From Malacoraja senta (Eukaryota), in assembly GCA_038087875.1 (NCBI GenBank), contig CM075988.1, forward strand, positions 2,542,001-2,606,000: DNA of 64,000 nt, written 5' to 3'. A program made the position numbers and the translations under genes. This document shows positions 1 through 12,320 of the stretch, piece after piece. Every line of letters begins with the position of its first letter. Within the stretch, counting starts at the first letter, position 1. The notes below the pieces were generated by a model. It was given only the letters and a program-made list of their open reading frames with translations, was not told the origin of the DNA and made no database searches.

Positions 1-659
1 AATGGTTGTATGATTCTATTGGCAGAGATTTTACACAACTACATACCATGGCAATCAGATCATCATTAGCCCAGCATGTGCCTGGTTGTGGATTTGTGCT
101 TTCTTTGTTCTGGGAAACTATGCCTCACTGCTGGCTGACATGGACATGTTTTACTTCTCCCCTGCAGTCATCACTTTCATGCTGTCATCCTCAGTCCCAT
201 GTCCAATGCAAGGGTGTCCTCAATGCAGTTTGAAGAGGGTGGCTGAGCATGTGTTGACTCTCCCTAATGCCCACATAGGTCTGTGACATTAGTGAAGGAT
301 TCCACTTGCTCTGGCCATCGTTCACCAGTTTACCAGCACAACATGAGATGGATCATTCATCTGTGCATGTTTATGTGACAGCATGCTGATCATAACTGTA
401 GGTGAATCGACTTTGGTGTTTGTGCATGCCAGAGAGAGTTCCACAATTGCTTCAGTTAACACAGTTGCTTTAGTTGACTTCATTGTAAAGGGGAAAATGT
501 ACTGCATTTCCCCAGAGTAACGTGTATTGAGAGTAAACGGTACACGCAGTGAATGACCATGCCACACAGACCCAGAGAGCATTGTCACTGAGGAACAAAC
601 TAGGGACACCATAAAACACAGGACAATAGCTAAACTTTCAGGCAATGCAAACAAAACAA

Positions 660-1010
660 TAAAAAGTATACAAAATCATGAGAGGAATAGATCGTGTAGA
701 TGCACAGAATCTTTTGCCCAGAGTAGGGGAATTGAGCACCAGAGAACATAGGTTTAAGGTGAGGGAGGGAAACATTTAATAGGAACTGGAGAGGTAACTT
801 TTTTGGACAAAGGGTAGTGGGTGTATGGAACACACTGCCGGAGGAGATAGTTGAGACATGTACTATTGCGACGTTTAAGAAACAATTTGACAGGTACATG
901 GATAGGACAGGTTTAGAAGGATGTGGGCCAAATGTAGGCAGGTGGGACTAGGGTAGATGGGGCATGTTGGTCGGCGTGGGCAAGTTGGGTTGAAGGACCT
1001 TCCACGCTCT
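660..1010 (+). mobile_element. CR1-like LINE 3' fragment (degenerate)
   Basis: Encodes an ORF2 C-terminal remnant (YKIMRGIDRVDAQNLLPRVGE..TREHRFKVR) followed by a 3'UTR. A second 3' piece lies at ~1115-1280. Confidence 0.75.
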
Positions 1011-1463
1011 ATGTCTCTTCCATTTGTCTCTTCAGTTAATTTTCCAGCATATGTTAACATTTATTGCAACATACTCTGGTGTTTGCATTTATTCACTTGC
1101 AAATGAACAAGTGCAAGGGTAGTGGTGGAGGTGGATATGACAGTGGCATTTAAGAGACTTTTGGTTTGACGCATGGATATACAGGGGATGTGGATCACGT
1201 GCATGCAGAGGATATTAATTTAACTTGGCATCATGATCGGTACAAACATGTGGGCCGAAAGGCCTGTTCCTGAGTTGTTCAATATGCACGATGAACAGCA
1301 CAATACACAAAAGCGGGGATAAAACTCTAGCCCCTCAGCCTTGACTCTCATCCCTACCCACGCAGGTTGAAGAAGGAGGGCTATGTTGTGTTGGGGGAGT
1401 ATGCAGGCTGTGCTTCATGATTCTGTGAGAGTACTGTTTACTTTCACCACTTGTGTCCTGCAG

Positions 1464-1546
1464 GATTCTGTCTCAGTGGCTTCTGATGAGGATCGCTTGG
1501 TTAAAATTCATGATGTGATCCAGCAGCTTCCTCCTCCTCACTACAG
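1464..1546 (+). CDS. ARHGAP32: ARHGAP32 coding exon, RhoGAP domain (DSVSVASDEDRLVKIHDVIQQLPPPHYR)
   Basis: Acceptor ttgtgtcctgcag|GAT, donor TACAG|gtacct; 83 nt, phase 0-2. The peptide matches the recalled ARHGAP32 RhoGAP segment KIHDVIQQLPPPHYR. Upstream exons lie outside the window. Confidence 0.93.
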
Positions 1547-1914
1547 GTACCTGCACACAGACTGGTGAATGCTTTGAAAACCCCAGTGTATTTCTCAGTG
1601 TCTGTCCTGCCATGTAATTCTTCAGTTTTGGGAAACATGAAGAGGTTGAATTTCAAATGGATTAAAATCTCTGTGTTCCTTTTCAAAGTGGGAGTAGTAT
1701 CTCTGTAATTTCTGGTACAGACAACACAGTTGCAGCACACATATGAAGAGAGTTAACTGCTGTGACATGGGTAGGTTTGGGTGTTGGGACTGCATTTCCG
1801 GCCTGCTGTCACCCCACACTGGTTACACAACTATCTCTTGCATCAAAACCTTGAATCTCCTCACTTGGGCCACCTTTGCACGCAACTTCTATTCACGACT
1901 GTTGACATGAGTTA

Positions 1915-3443
1915 CAGTGCCCTCCATATTGTTTGGGACAAAGACCGACCATTTATTTATTTGCCTCTGTACTGCACAATTTGAGATTTGTAATAGAAAA
2001 AAATCACATGAGGTTAAGGTACACATTGTCAGATTTTAATAAAGGCAATTTTTATACATTTTGGTTTCACCATGTACAAATTACAGCAGTGTTTATACAT
2101 AGTCCCCCCATTTCAGGGCACCATAATGTTTGGGACACAGCATTGTCATGTAAATGAGAGTAGTCATGTTTAGTATTTTGTTGCATATCCTTTGCATGCA
2201 ATGACTGCTTAAAGTCTGTGATTCATGGACATCACCAGTTGCTGGGTGTGTTCTCTGGTGATGCACTGCCAGGCCTGTATTGCAGTCATCTTTAGCTTCT
2301 GCTTATTTTAGGGGCTAGTCCCCTTCAGTTTTCTCTTCAGCATATAAAAGGCATGCACAATTGAGTTCAGATCAGGTGATGGACTTGGCCACTCAAGAAT
2401 TGACCATTTGTTTTAGCTTTGAAAAACGTATTTGTTGCTTTAGCAGTATGTTTGGATCATTGTCTTGCTGTAGAATGAACCAATGAGTTTTGAGGCATTT
2501 GTTTGAAGGAGCAGATAAGATGTGTCTATACACCTCAGAATTCATTATGCTACTACCATCAGCAGTTGTATCATCAATGAAGATAAGTGAGCCAGTACCT
2601 TCAATAGCCATACATGCCCAGGCCATAACACCCCCACCACCGTGTTTCACAGATGAGGTGGTATGCTTTGGATCTTGGGCAGTTCCTTCTATTCTCCATA
2701 TTTTGCTCTTGCCATCATTCCGATATAAGTTAATCTCCGTCTCGTCTGTCCACAAGACCTTTTTCCAGAACTGTGGTTGCTCTTTTAAGTACATCTTGAC
2801 AAACTGTAACCTGGCCATCCTATTTTTGAGGCTAACCGGTGGTTTGTATCTTGCAGTGTAGCCTCTGTATTTATTTTTATGAAGTCTCCGGTGGACAGTG
2901 GTCATTGACAAATCCACACCTGACTCCTGAAGAGTGTTTCTGATCTGTCGGACAGGTATTTGGGGATTTTTCTCTATTCAGAATTCTTCTGTCATCAGCT
3001 GTGGAGATCTTCCTTGGCCTGCCAGCCCCATTGTAATTAGTAAGCGCACCAGTGCTCTCTTTCTTTTTAATGATGTTCCAATGATGTTGATTTTGGTAAG
3101 CCTAAGGTTTGGCTGATATGTCTAGCAGTTTTATTCTTGTTTCTCAGTCTCATAATGGCTTCTTTGACTTTCATTGGCACAACTTTGGTCCTCATGTTGA
3201 TAAACAGCAATAAAAATTTCGAAAGGTGATGGAAAGACTGGAGGAAAGACTAGGTGCTGAGAGCTCTCTTATGAAATGGGGGGACTATGTATAAACACAG
3301 CTGTAATTTCTACATGGTGAAACCGAAATGTATAAAAAGGCCTTTATTAAAATCTGACAATGTGCACTTTAACCACATGTGATTTTTTTTCTATTACAAA
3401 TCTCAAGTTGTGGAGTACAGAGGCAAATAAATAAATGATGGGT
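1915..3443 (-). mobile_element. Tc1-family DNA transposon fossil, IR/DR type
   Basis: Left terminus TA|CAGTGCCC at 1915; ~170 bp inverted repeats at ~1945-2115 and ~3272-3443. Transposase remnants on the minus strand: KVLWTDET, SVKHGGGGVMAW, LQQDNDP, then frameshifted WPSPSPDLNSIV (catalytic E replaced by V). Confidence 0.92.
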
Positions 3444-3709
3444 ATGCCAACCTCCTCTTGGAGAGTGCTTCATGACACAGTGTGCTCTTTCCATCACTAC
3501 ACAGCAACCCTTTGTCACTTTACTTATGAACAGTCTTGCATTAACATCACTGGGGGATGAATGCACATCACTCCTGTAACTTTTCTACTTGTTTTCAGTT
3601 GGCTGCCTTGCATTAGGGTGCATTGTGACTGTAATACTTGTGAAATTTCTGCTTTCTGTCCAGAGCATTGTGCTAACATGTAGTTAACTTGTGTTTTGTT
3701 GGCGTCCAG

Positions 3710-3817
3710 GACTCTCGAATTTCTGATGAGGCATTTGGCTCAATTGGCAACCTACAGTTATATCACTAACATGCACACCAAGAACCTGGCTATTGTCTGG
3801 GCTCCAAACCTTCTGAG
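3710..3817 (+). CDS. ARHGAP32: ARHGAP32 coding exon, RhoGAP domain (TLEFLMRHLAQLATYSYITNMHTKNLAIVWAPNLLR)
   Basis: Acceptor gcgtccag|G, donor CTGAG|gtgaga; 108 nt, phase 2-2. Contains the RhoGAP signature NM..KNLAIVWAPNL. Absent from the ORF track; read by eye. Confidence 0.95.
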
Positions 3818-4119
3818 GTGAGATCAAACAAACCGATTATCTCAGAATCCGTATCACACAGATGTTGACATTGTGCTACTGCTCTGTAATATCATCAATT
3901 TAAAACACACTGTCATTTTCAATATGGTCGACTCAATTGCCTGCTGTTGCTGGCAGTAGCTGTGATGGATGGTGCTGGAACTGGGTAGTAAAATGCATCC
4001 ACAAACATATAACTGGTCAGCCCGCAGGTTTACTGATGGGGCTAATGTTACACATGTTAAAGTGAGTGATGAGTAAAGAATAGTTGTAGTGGTTCCCTCA
4101 CATTTCTAACTGTATGACG

Positions 4120-6315
4120 ATAGACAATAGGTGTAGGAGTAGGCCATTCGACCCTTCGAACCAGCACTGCCATTCAATGTGATCATGGCTGATCATCTCC
4201 AATCAGTACCCTGTTCCTGCCTTCTCCCCATATCCCCTGACTCTACTATCTTTAAGAGCTCTATTTAACTCTCTTTTGAAAGCATCCAGAGAACCGGCCT
4301 CCACCGCCTTCTGAGGCAGAGAATTCCACAGACTCACAACTGTGTGTGAAAAAGTTTTTCCTCATCTCCGTTCTAAATGTCTTATCCCTTATTCTTAAAC
4401 TGTGGCCTTTGGTTCTGAACTCCCCCAACATCGGGAACATGTTTCCTGCCTCTAGCATGTCCAAACCCTTAATAATCTTATATGTTTCAAGAACCCCTCT
4501 CATCCTTCTAAATTCCAGAGTATACAAGTCCAGCCGCTCCATTCTATTAACAAATGACAGTCCAGCCATCCTGGGAATTAACCTGGTGAACCTATGCTGC
4601 ACTCCCTCAATAGCAAGAATGTCCTTCCTCAAATTTGGAGACCAAAACTGCACACAATACTCCAGGTGTGGTCTCACTAGGGCCCTGTACAACTGCAGGA
4701 CCTCTTTGCTCCTATACGCAACTCCTCTTGTTATGAAGGGCAACATGCCATTCACTTTCTTCACTGCATGCTTACTTTCAGTGACTGATGAACAAGGACC
4801 CCCAGATCCCGTTGTACTTCCCCTTTTCCCAACTTGACACCATTTACATAATAATCTGCCTTCCTGTTTTTGCTACCTAAGTGGACAACCTCACATTTAT
4901 CCACATTAAACTGCATCTGCCCACTCACCCAACCTGTCCAAGTCACCCTGCATCCTCCTCACATTTCACACTGCCACCCAGCTTTGTGTCACCTGCAAAT
5001 TTGCTAATGTTACTTTTAATCCCTTCATCTAGATCATTAATGTATATTGTAAATAGCTGCGGTCCCAGCACCGAGTCTTGCAGTACCCCACTAGTCACTG
5101 CCTGCCATTCTGAAAATGACCCGTTAATCCTTACTCTTCGTTTCCTGTCTGCCAACCAATTATCTATGCATGTCAGGACCCTAATGTTCTCTAATTTTGC
5201 CCACTAATTTCCTATGTGGGACCTTATCAAATGTTTTCTGGAAGTCCAGGTACACTACATCCACTGGATCTCCCTTGTCCATTTTCCTAGTTATATCCTC
5301 AAAAAATTCCAGAAGGTTAGTCAAGCATGATTTCCTCTTCGTAAATCCGTGCTGACTCGGACCAATCCTGCTACTGCTAACCAAATGTGCGGCTATTTCA
5401 TCTTTTATAATTGACTCCAGCATCTTCCCCACCACCGATGTCAGGATAACTGGTTTATAACTCCCTGTTTTCTCTCTCCTGCCTTTCGTAAAAAGTGGGA
5501 TAACATTAGCTACCCTCCAATCCACAGGAACTGATCCTGAATCTATAGAACATTGGAAAATGATCACCGATGCGTCCACGATTTCCAGAACCACCTCCTT
5601 AAGTACCCTGGGATGCAGACCATCAGGCCCCGGGGGTTTATCAGCCTTCAATCCCATCAGTCTACCCAACACCATTTCCTGCCTAATGTGGATTTCTTTC
5701 AGTTCCTCCATCACCCTAGATCCTCTGGCCACTAGTACATCAGGGAAATTGTTTGTGTCTTCCTTAGTGAAGACGGATTTAAAGTACCTGTTGAACTCGT
5801 CTGCCATTTCCTTGTTCTCCATAATAAATTCATCTTTTTCAGTCTTCAAGTGTCCAACTTTGGTCTTAACAAATGTTTTCCTCTTCACATACCTAAAGAA
5901 GCTTTTACTATCCTCCTTTATATTCTTGGCTAGCTTACCTTCGTACCTCATCTTTTTTCCCCGTATTGCCTTTTTAGTTATCTTCTGTTGCTCTTTAAAA
6001 GTTACCCAATCCTCTGGCTTCCCGCTCATCTTTGCTATGTTTTACTTTTTATCCTGTCCCTGACTTCCCTTGTCAGCCACGGTCGCCCCTTACTCCCCTT
6101 GGATTCTTTCCTCCTCTTTGGAATGAACTGATCCTGCACCTTCTGTATTATTCCCAGAAATACCTGCCATTGTTGTTCCACTGTCACCCCTGCTAGGGTA
6201 TCTTTCCAGTCAACTTTGGCCAGCTCCTCCCTCATTGCTCATTTGTTCAACTGTAATACTGACCCTTCCGATTTACCCTTCTCCCTCTCAAATTGTAGAT
6301 TAAAGCTTATCATAT
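4120..6315 (-). mobile_element. CR1 LINE, 5'-truncated, broken RT ORF2
   Basis: ORFs 5181..6029, 4943..5155, 4761..4946 and 4261..4764 carry GPDGLHPRVLKE, YLDFQK.FDKVPH and SVLGPQLF; 3' tail near 4120. Confidence 0.95.
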
Positions 6316-6521
6316 GCTGCCCACCAGCAATGTTACCTGGAGATGAAAGTTGTTTTCCACTTGTACACTAACAACCGTCGTCTCCCCTTCACCTCTACTT
6401 CTGCCGTCAGTCGTCACCCTCTCACTTCTACCTTTAACAACCATCCACGCTGGAGGTGAAGATTGAATGCTAGTGTCTTGTGCTGTGAGGCACCAACTCT
6501 GTTAGGGATGCCCCTGTGTAG

Positions 6522-7530
6522 CTGGGACCCCAGCTATTTACAATTTATATTAATGATCTGGACGAGGGAATTGAAAGCAACATCTCCAAGTTTGCGGATG
6601 ACACTAAGCTGGGGGGCAGTGTTAGCTGTGAGGAGGATGCTAGGAGACTGCAAGGTGACTTGGATAGGCTGGGTGAGTGGGCAAATGTTTGGCAGATGCA
6701 GTATAATGTGGATAAATGTGAGGTTATCCACTTTGGTGGCAAAAACGGGAAGGCAGACTATTATCTAAATGGTGGCCGATTAGGAAATGGGGAGATGCAG
6801 CGAGACCTGGGTGTCATGGTACACCAGTCATTGAAAGTAGGCATGCAGGTGCAGCAGGCAGTGAAGAAAGCGAATGGTATGTTGGCCTTCATAGCAAGAG
6901 GATTTGAGTATAGGAGCAGGGAGGTTCTACTGCAGTTGTACAGGGTCTTGGTGAGACCACACCTGGAGCATTGCGTACAGTTTTGGTCTCCAAATCTGAG
7001 GAAGGACATTATAGCCATAGAGGGAGTGCAGAGAAGGTTCACCAGACTGATTCCTGGGATGTCAGGACTTTCATATGAAGAAAGACTGGATAGACTTGGC
7101 TTTATACTCGCTAGAATTTAGGAGATTGAGAGGGGATCTTATAGAAACGTACAAAATTCTTATGGGGTTGGACAGGCTAGATGCAGGAAGATTGTTCCCG
7201 ATGTTGGGGAAGTCCAGGACAAGGGGTCACAGCTTAAGGATAAGGGGGAAATCCTTTAAGACCGAGATGAGGAAAAACTTTTTCACACAGAGAGTGGTGA
7301 ATCTCTGGAACTCTCTGCCACAGAGGGCAGTTGAGGCCAGTTCATTGGCTATATTTAAGAGGGAGTTAGATGTGGCCCTTGTGGCTAAAGGGATCAGGGG
7401 GTATGGAGAGAAGGCAGGTACGGGATACTGAGTTGGATGATCAGCCATGATCATATTGAATGGCGGTGCAGGCTCGAAGGGCCGAATGGCCTACTCCTGC
7501 ACCTATTTTCTATGTATCTATGTATCTATG
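6522..7530 (+). mobile_element. CR1 LINE, young subfamily, 5'-truncated
   Basis: Near-identical to 54314-55310 (reverse complement); KFADDTKLGG; (TATCTATG)n tail at ~7510-7530. Confidence 0.95.
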
Positions 7531-7632
7531 TAGACATGCACAGTAGCACTACCTGTGTGTCCACAAACCACTGGATGATCATGTTCAGTGCCCCGTCATA
7601 TCATGGCATACTTTCCTCAGATTGCCATGTTA

Positions 7633-9315
7633 ACATAGAAAATAGGTGCAGGAGGTGGCCATTCGGCCCTTCGAGCCAGCACCGCCATTCATTGTGAAAA
7701 TGGCTGATCGTCCCCAATCAATAACCCGTGCCTGCCTTCTCCCCATATCCCTTGGTTCCACTAGCCCCTAGAGCTCTATCTAACTCTCTCTTAAATTTGA
7801 CCTCCACTGCCCTCTGTGGCAGGGAATTCCACAAATTCACAACTCTCTGCGTGAAAAAGTTTTTTCTCACCTCAGTCTTAAATAGCTTCCCCTTTAATCT
7901 AAGACTCTGGCCCCTGGTTCTGGACTAGCCCAACATTGGGAACATTTTTCCTGCATCTAGCTTGTCCAGTCCTTTTATAATTTTATATGTTTCTATAAGA
8001 CCCCCCTCATCCTTCTAAACTCCAGTGAATACAAGCCTAGTCTTTTCAATCTTTCCGCATATGACAGTCCCGCCATCCCAGGGATCAACCTCGTGAACCT
8101 ACACTGCACTGCCTCAATCACACGGATGTCCTTCCTCAAATTTGGAGACCAAAACTGTACACAATACTCCAGATGTGGTCTTACCAGCGCCCTATGCATC
8201 TGCAGAAGAACCTCTTTACTCCTATACTGAAATCCTCTTGTTATGAAGGCCAACATTCCATTAGCTTTCTTCACTGCCTGCTGTACCTGCACGCCAACTT
8301 TCAATGACGGGTGTACAAGGACACCCAGGTCTCGCTGCACCTCCCCCTTACCTAACCTAACCCCATTGAGATAATAATCTGCCCCCTTGTTTTTGCCGCC
8401 ACAGTGCATAACCTCACAATTATCTATATTATACTGCATCTGCCACGCATCTGCCCACTCACTCAACCTGTCCAGGTCACCCTGCAACTTCCTGACATCC
8501 TCTTCACAGTTCACACTGCCACCCAGCTTTGTGTCATCCGCAAACTTGCTAGTGTTGCTCCTAATTCCCTCTTCCAAATCATTAATATATATGGTAAACA
8601 GTTGCGGCCCCAACACCGAGCCTTGCGGCACTCCACTCTGCTAACCAATTTTCTATCCATGTCAACACCCCCAATACCATTTGCTCTAATTTTAGTCACC
8701 AGTCTCCCGTACGGCACCTTATCAAAGGGTTTCTGAAAGTCTAGATACACTACATCCACTGGCTCCCCTTCATCCATTTTACTTGTCACATCTTCAAAAA
8801 ATTCCAGAAGATTAGTCAAGCATGATTTCCCTTTCATAAATCCATGTTGACTTGGACTAATCCTTTTACTGCTATCCAAATGCCCTATTATTACCTCTTT
8901 AATAATTGACTCCAGCATCTTTCCCACCACTGAAGTCAGGCTAACTGGTCTGTAATTCCCTGTTTTCTCTCTCGCTCCTTTCTTGAAAAGTGGGATAACA
9001 TTAGCTATCCTCCAATCCACAGGAACTGATCCTGAATCTATTGAACATTGGAAAATGATCACCAATGCGTCCACTATTTCTAGAGCCACCTCCCTGAGGA
9101 GCCTGGAATGCAGACCATCCGGCCCAGGGGATTTATCATCCTTCAGTCCCATTAGCCTACCCAGTACTATATCTCGCCTAATGAGAATTTCTTTCAGTTC
9201 CTCTACTCCCTTAGATCCATCTGTCCTTCAGTACATCTGGGAGATTGTTTGTGTCTTCCTTAGTGAAGACAGATCCGAAGTATCTGTTCAACTCTTCTGC
9301 CATTTCCTTGTTGCT
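7633..9315 (-). mobile_element. CR1 LINE, 5'-truncated
   Basis: ORFs 8511..9152 and 7993..8631 are RT domain fragments. Confidence 0.95.
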
Positions 9316-9753
9316 TCCCATCTGGCCCCAGTGACTTATCCACTTCAAGATTTGTCATCTTCTCTAATATCTCTGTGCTAACAATTCTTAACAGATCCAG
9401 TGTCTCAAACATTTCCTCCACTATTAGTTTGAAATCTCGGTCAGCCTGGGAAAGGACGGCAGATTTCTATCCATAAAAACATTAGTGAACCATGGGCTTT
9501 TATGACCAAAAAACATATAGCTGGAGGAACTCAGTGGGTCAGAGAGTATCTCTAGAGGGAATCGTACAGACGATCCTTCTTTAGACAATTGGGGTTTTAT
9601 GATAATCACGTGGCCCTGTGGCCACAGTTACAAATTATTTCCCTTTTTTGAAAATTCTGGTTTCTGTTTTTTTTAAATCCAGGCCTTTGAGTCACCAGTT
9701 TAACAAGTTAGCCACTTTGTGTAGGGAGAAACTGCAGATGTTGGTTTAAACCG

Positions 9754-9928
9754 AAGACAGACACAAAAAACTGGAGTAACTCAGCGTGTCAGGCAGCATC
9801 TCTGGAGAAAAGGAAAAGGTGACATTTCAGGGGCTGCAGAACGATCTTGACCCGAAATGTCACCTATTCTTTTTCTCCAGAGATGCTGCCTGACCCACTG
9901 AGTTACTCCAGCATTTTGTGTCTGTCTT
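9754..9928. mobile_element. Fold-back pair of Penelope pLTR/hammerhead units
   Basis: 9754-9831 is the imperfect reverse complement of 9851-9928; a degenerate hammerhead core lies at ~9834-9861. Confidence 0.8.
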
Positions 9929-10789
9929 AAGTTAGCCACTTCACCAGCACCACACCCTTAACATTCCCTTATCCATCACCTTGGTTTGAGAACTGTTGTG
10001 TAAATCACAGAGTTTGTGCCATGAATGTAGTCAGGTTCAGCTTGGGCCAGCGACTGTCAGGTGGCAAGAGATGGGCAGGCCCCGTCTGCTACATAGCTGA
10101 GTAATGCAGGTGAAAATAGCCATGGTGAAGTAGGGAGAGGAGCTGGGAGTAGCAGGGGTCGGTAATTATGCTGTCTTTCAATTTTTGAGATAGAATTTTA
10201 ATCATATTCGCTGAATAATGTGTTATCTGAAATTTAAGCCATATCAACTAGCAAATAGCATCAATGGGGAAAGGGTTTTATCACAAATCTGTGCTTTAAT
10301 TCACATCAGCCATTTTTAAACCATATTGTCATCAATCAATACATCAATATTTTTCTACTCATCATGGAATGGAATTGTATTCTGAGGAAAATTTCTGTGT
10401 TTTGGGCAGATCTATGCTGGGTCTCTTATTGGGAGGGGCATTTGAATGGTCATGGTTCTATCTTTCTGTGGGTGATGTTCTGTGATTTGATGACACCTGG
10501 GTATGATTTCTCTTGTGAGTAAGTCTATTATTGGGAGTGAAGAGGTGTGCTGTACAGCTGGGGACTCTGGTGTGGGTGGAGAGTAGTGTTTATAATATTT
10601 ACTTGGTCACATACTTTAACTCACTCGCACTTGTTCACGCTTGTTTGCTCACTCACACGATCCATTCACATTCACATTTGCACACTTAGTTTTTCTTGGA
10701 CTAATGCTCTGACACAGTCGAGCACACATGCTCAGTCACCCACTCTCGATCCGCTCAATCACACTCACTCGCTCAGTTAAACACACACA

Positions 10790-10895
10790 CACTCGTTCAG
10801 TCACACATGCGCACTCGCTCAGTCACACTTGTGCACTCGCTCAGTCACACTTGCGCACTCGCTCAGTCACACTTGCTTAGTCACACTTGCTCACG
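10790..10895 (+). repeat. 22-bp minisatellite (GCACTCGCTCAGTCACACTTGY)n within a CA/CT-rich tract
   Basis: About four tandem copies directly visible, ~65 bp upstream of the exon at 10961. Confidence 0.85.
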
Positions 10896-10960
10896 TGCAC
10901 TCTTTCTTACTGGAACAGCATATTTCCATCTTAAACTGCCTGATTTGATTCTCTTCCCAG

Positions 10961-11106
10961 GTCCCGGCAGATCGAATCGGCTTGTTTCAGTGGCACTGCT
11001 GCCTTTATGGAGGTTCGGATACAGTCTGTGGTGGTGGAATTCATTCTCAATCATGTGGATGTCCTGTTCAGTTCCAAGCTTAGCTCCGTAATCCGGGAGG
11101 GTGCAG
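10961..11106 (+). CDS. ARHGAP32: ARHGAP32 coding exon, end of RhoGAP domain (SRQIESACFSGTAAFMEVRIQSVVVEFILNHVDVLFSSKLSSVIREGA)
   Basis: Acceptor ctcttcccag|G, donor GCAG|gtatgt; 146 nt, phase 2-1. Nearly identical to the recalled vertebrate ARHGAP32 sequence. Confidence 0.95.
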
Positions 11107-11679
11107 GTATGTCTCAATCCAGCCAATTCTAAAAAAACAATGAGTCTCTGTGCAATCAGACCACTGTGAGCAGGCAAGCGCTCTGGGCATCATATGAAGA
11201 TGCATTGGCTTAGAAGGTTGCAGCATAAATGTGTGGGTTTCAAGAACCAAATTGCAGGATGGCAGATAATCCTTGAGTTAAAGTTGGAGGTGATCTGATC
11301 AACGTTTTCAAGATGGGGCTTGGTGAGAGCAGGACCAGGGCTTGTGTAAACGAGAGGCAGGGTATTACAAAACTGCTGCTGAGGAATATTTCTACATTCA
11401 AAGCATGCCAAGTCTTTGGATTTCTTCTAAAGATGTTAATTGGTGCTAGGTCAGTGTTAAACTGAATTTGTATGATAAATCTGTGCCTGACAACAATGTT
11501 ATTGAACATGGAGTTGGCCACAGATCAACCATTATCTCAGTCAATGGTGAAATGAGCTTGAAGGACTCCTGTTTCCGTGGTTACATAGTTTAACTCCTGC
11601 TCCTCACGGTCACTATATTCACATGGGATTTTGCTCTGGAGTGGTTACGTTCTGCTTGATGAATAGTATTTTACAACAG

Positions 11680-12320
11680 CCAAACCACCCTCCCCACAGT
11701 TACTTTCCCCTGCAACCACAGGGGATGTTACACCTATCCCTATACCTCCCCCCTCACATCCATCCAATAAGCTCAGCAGTTCTTCCAGATGAGATAAAGG
11801 TTCACGTGCACCTCCTCTAACCTCATCTATTGCACTCTGTGTTCCCGATATGGCCTCTTGTATATTGGCAAGTGTAGACTCGGCAAATGTTTCGCCGAAC
11901 GCCTGCGCTCGGATTGCCAAAGCCTGCTGGATCTCCCGGTTGCTAACCTTTTTAACTCCGCTTCCCATTCCCATATTGACCTTTGTTCTAAGCCTCCTCC
12001 ATTGCCAGAGTGAGGCCACATGCAAATTTGCAAAACGGCATGAACATTGAATTCCCCAATTTTAGGTAACTAATCTACAAACAGCCCTTCCCCCCCTCCA
12101 CTTCCCTTCTCCCCACCCTCCTCCACCTCTCTTCCTTGTGCCCCACCTGCACTCTCATTCCCCCTTTCCTTCCACCTATGTTCCTTCCTCTGGCTTCACA
12201 GTTTGTACCTCTTCTGTCCTTAACTCACACCGTTTGTCTTTTCATTTATGGCCTTGTTCAACCATCTGCTTCTTGGCAGAGATGCTGCCTGGCCCGTTGA
12301 GTTACTTCAGCACTGTCACT
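11680..12320 (+). mobile_element. Penelope-like element 3' fragment (degenerate GIY-YIG region)
   Basis: aacctcatctattgcac...ttgtatattggc corresponds to an NLIYC...LYIG remnant; homologous to 17490-19555. Confidence 0.8.
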
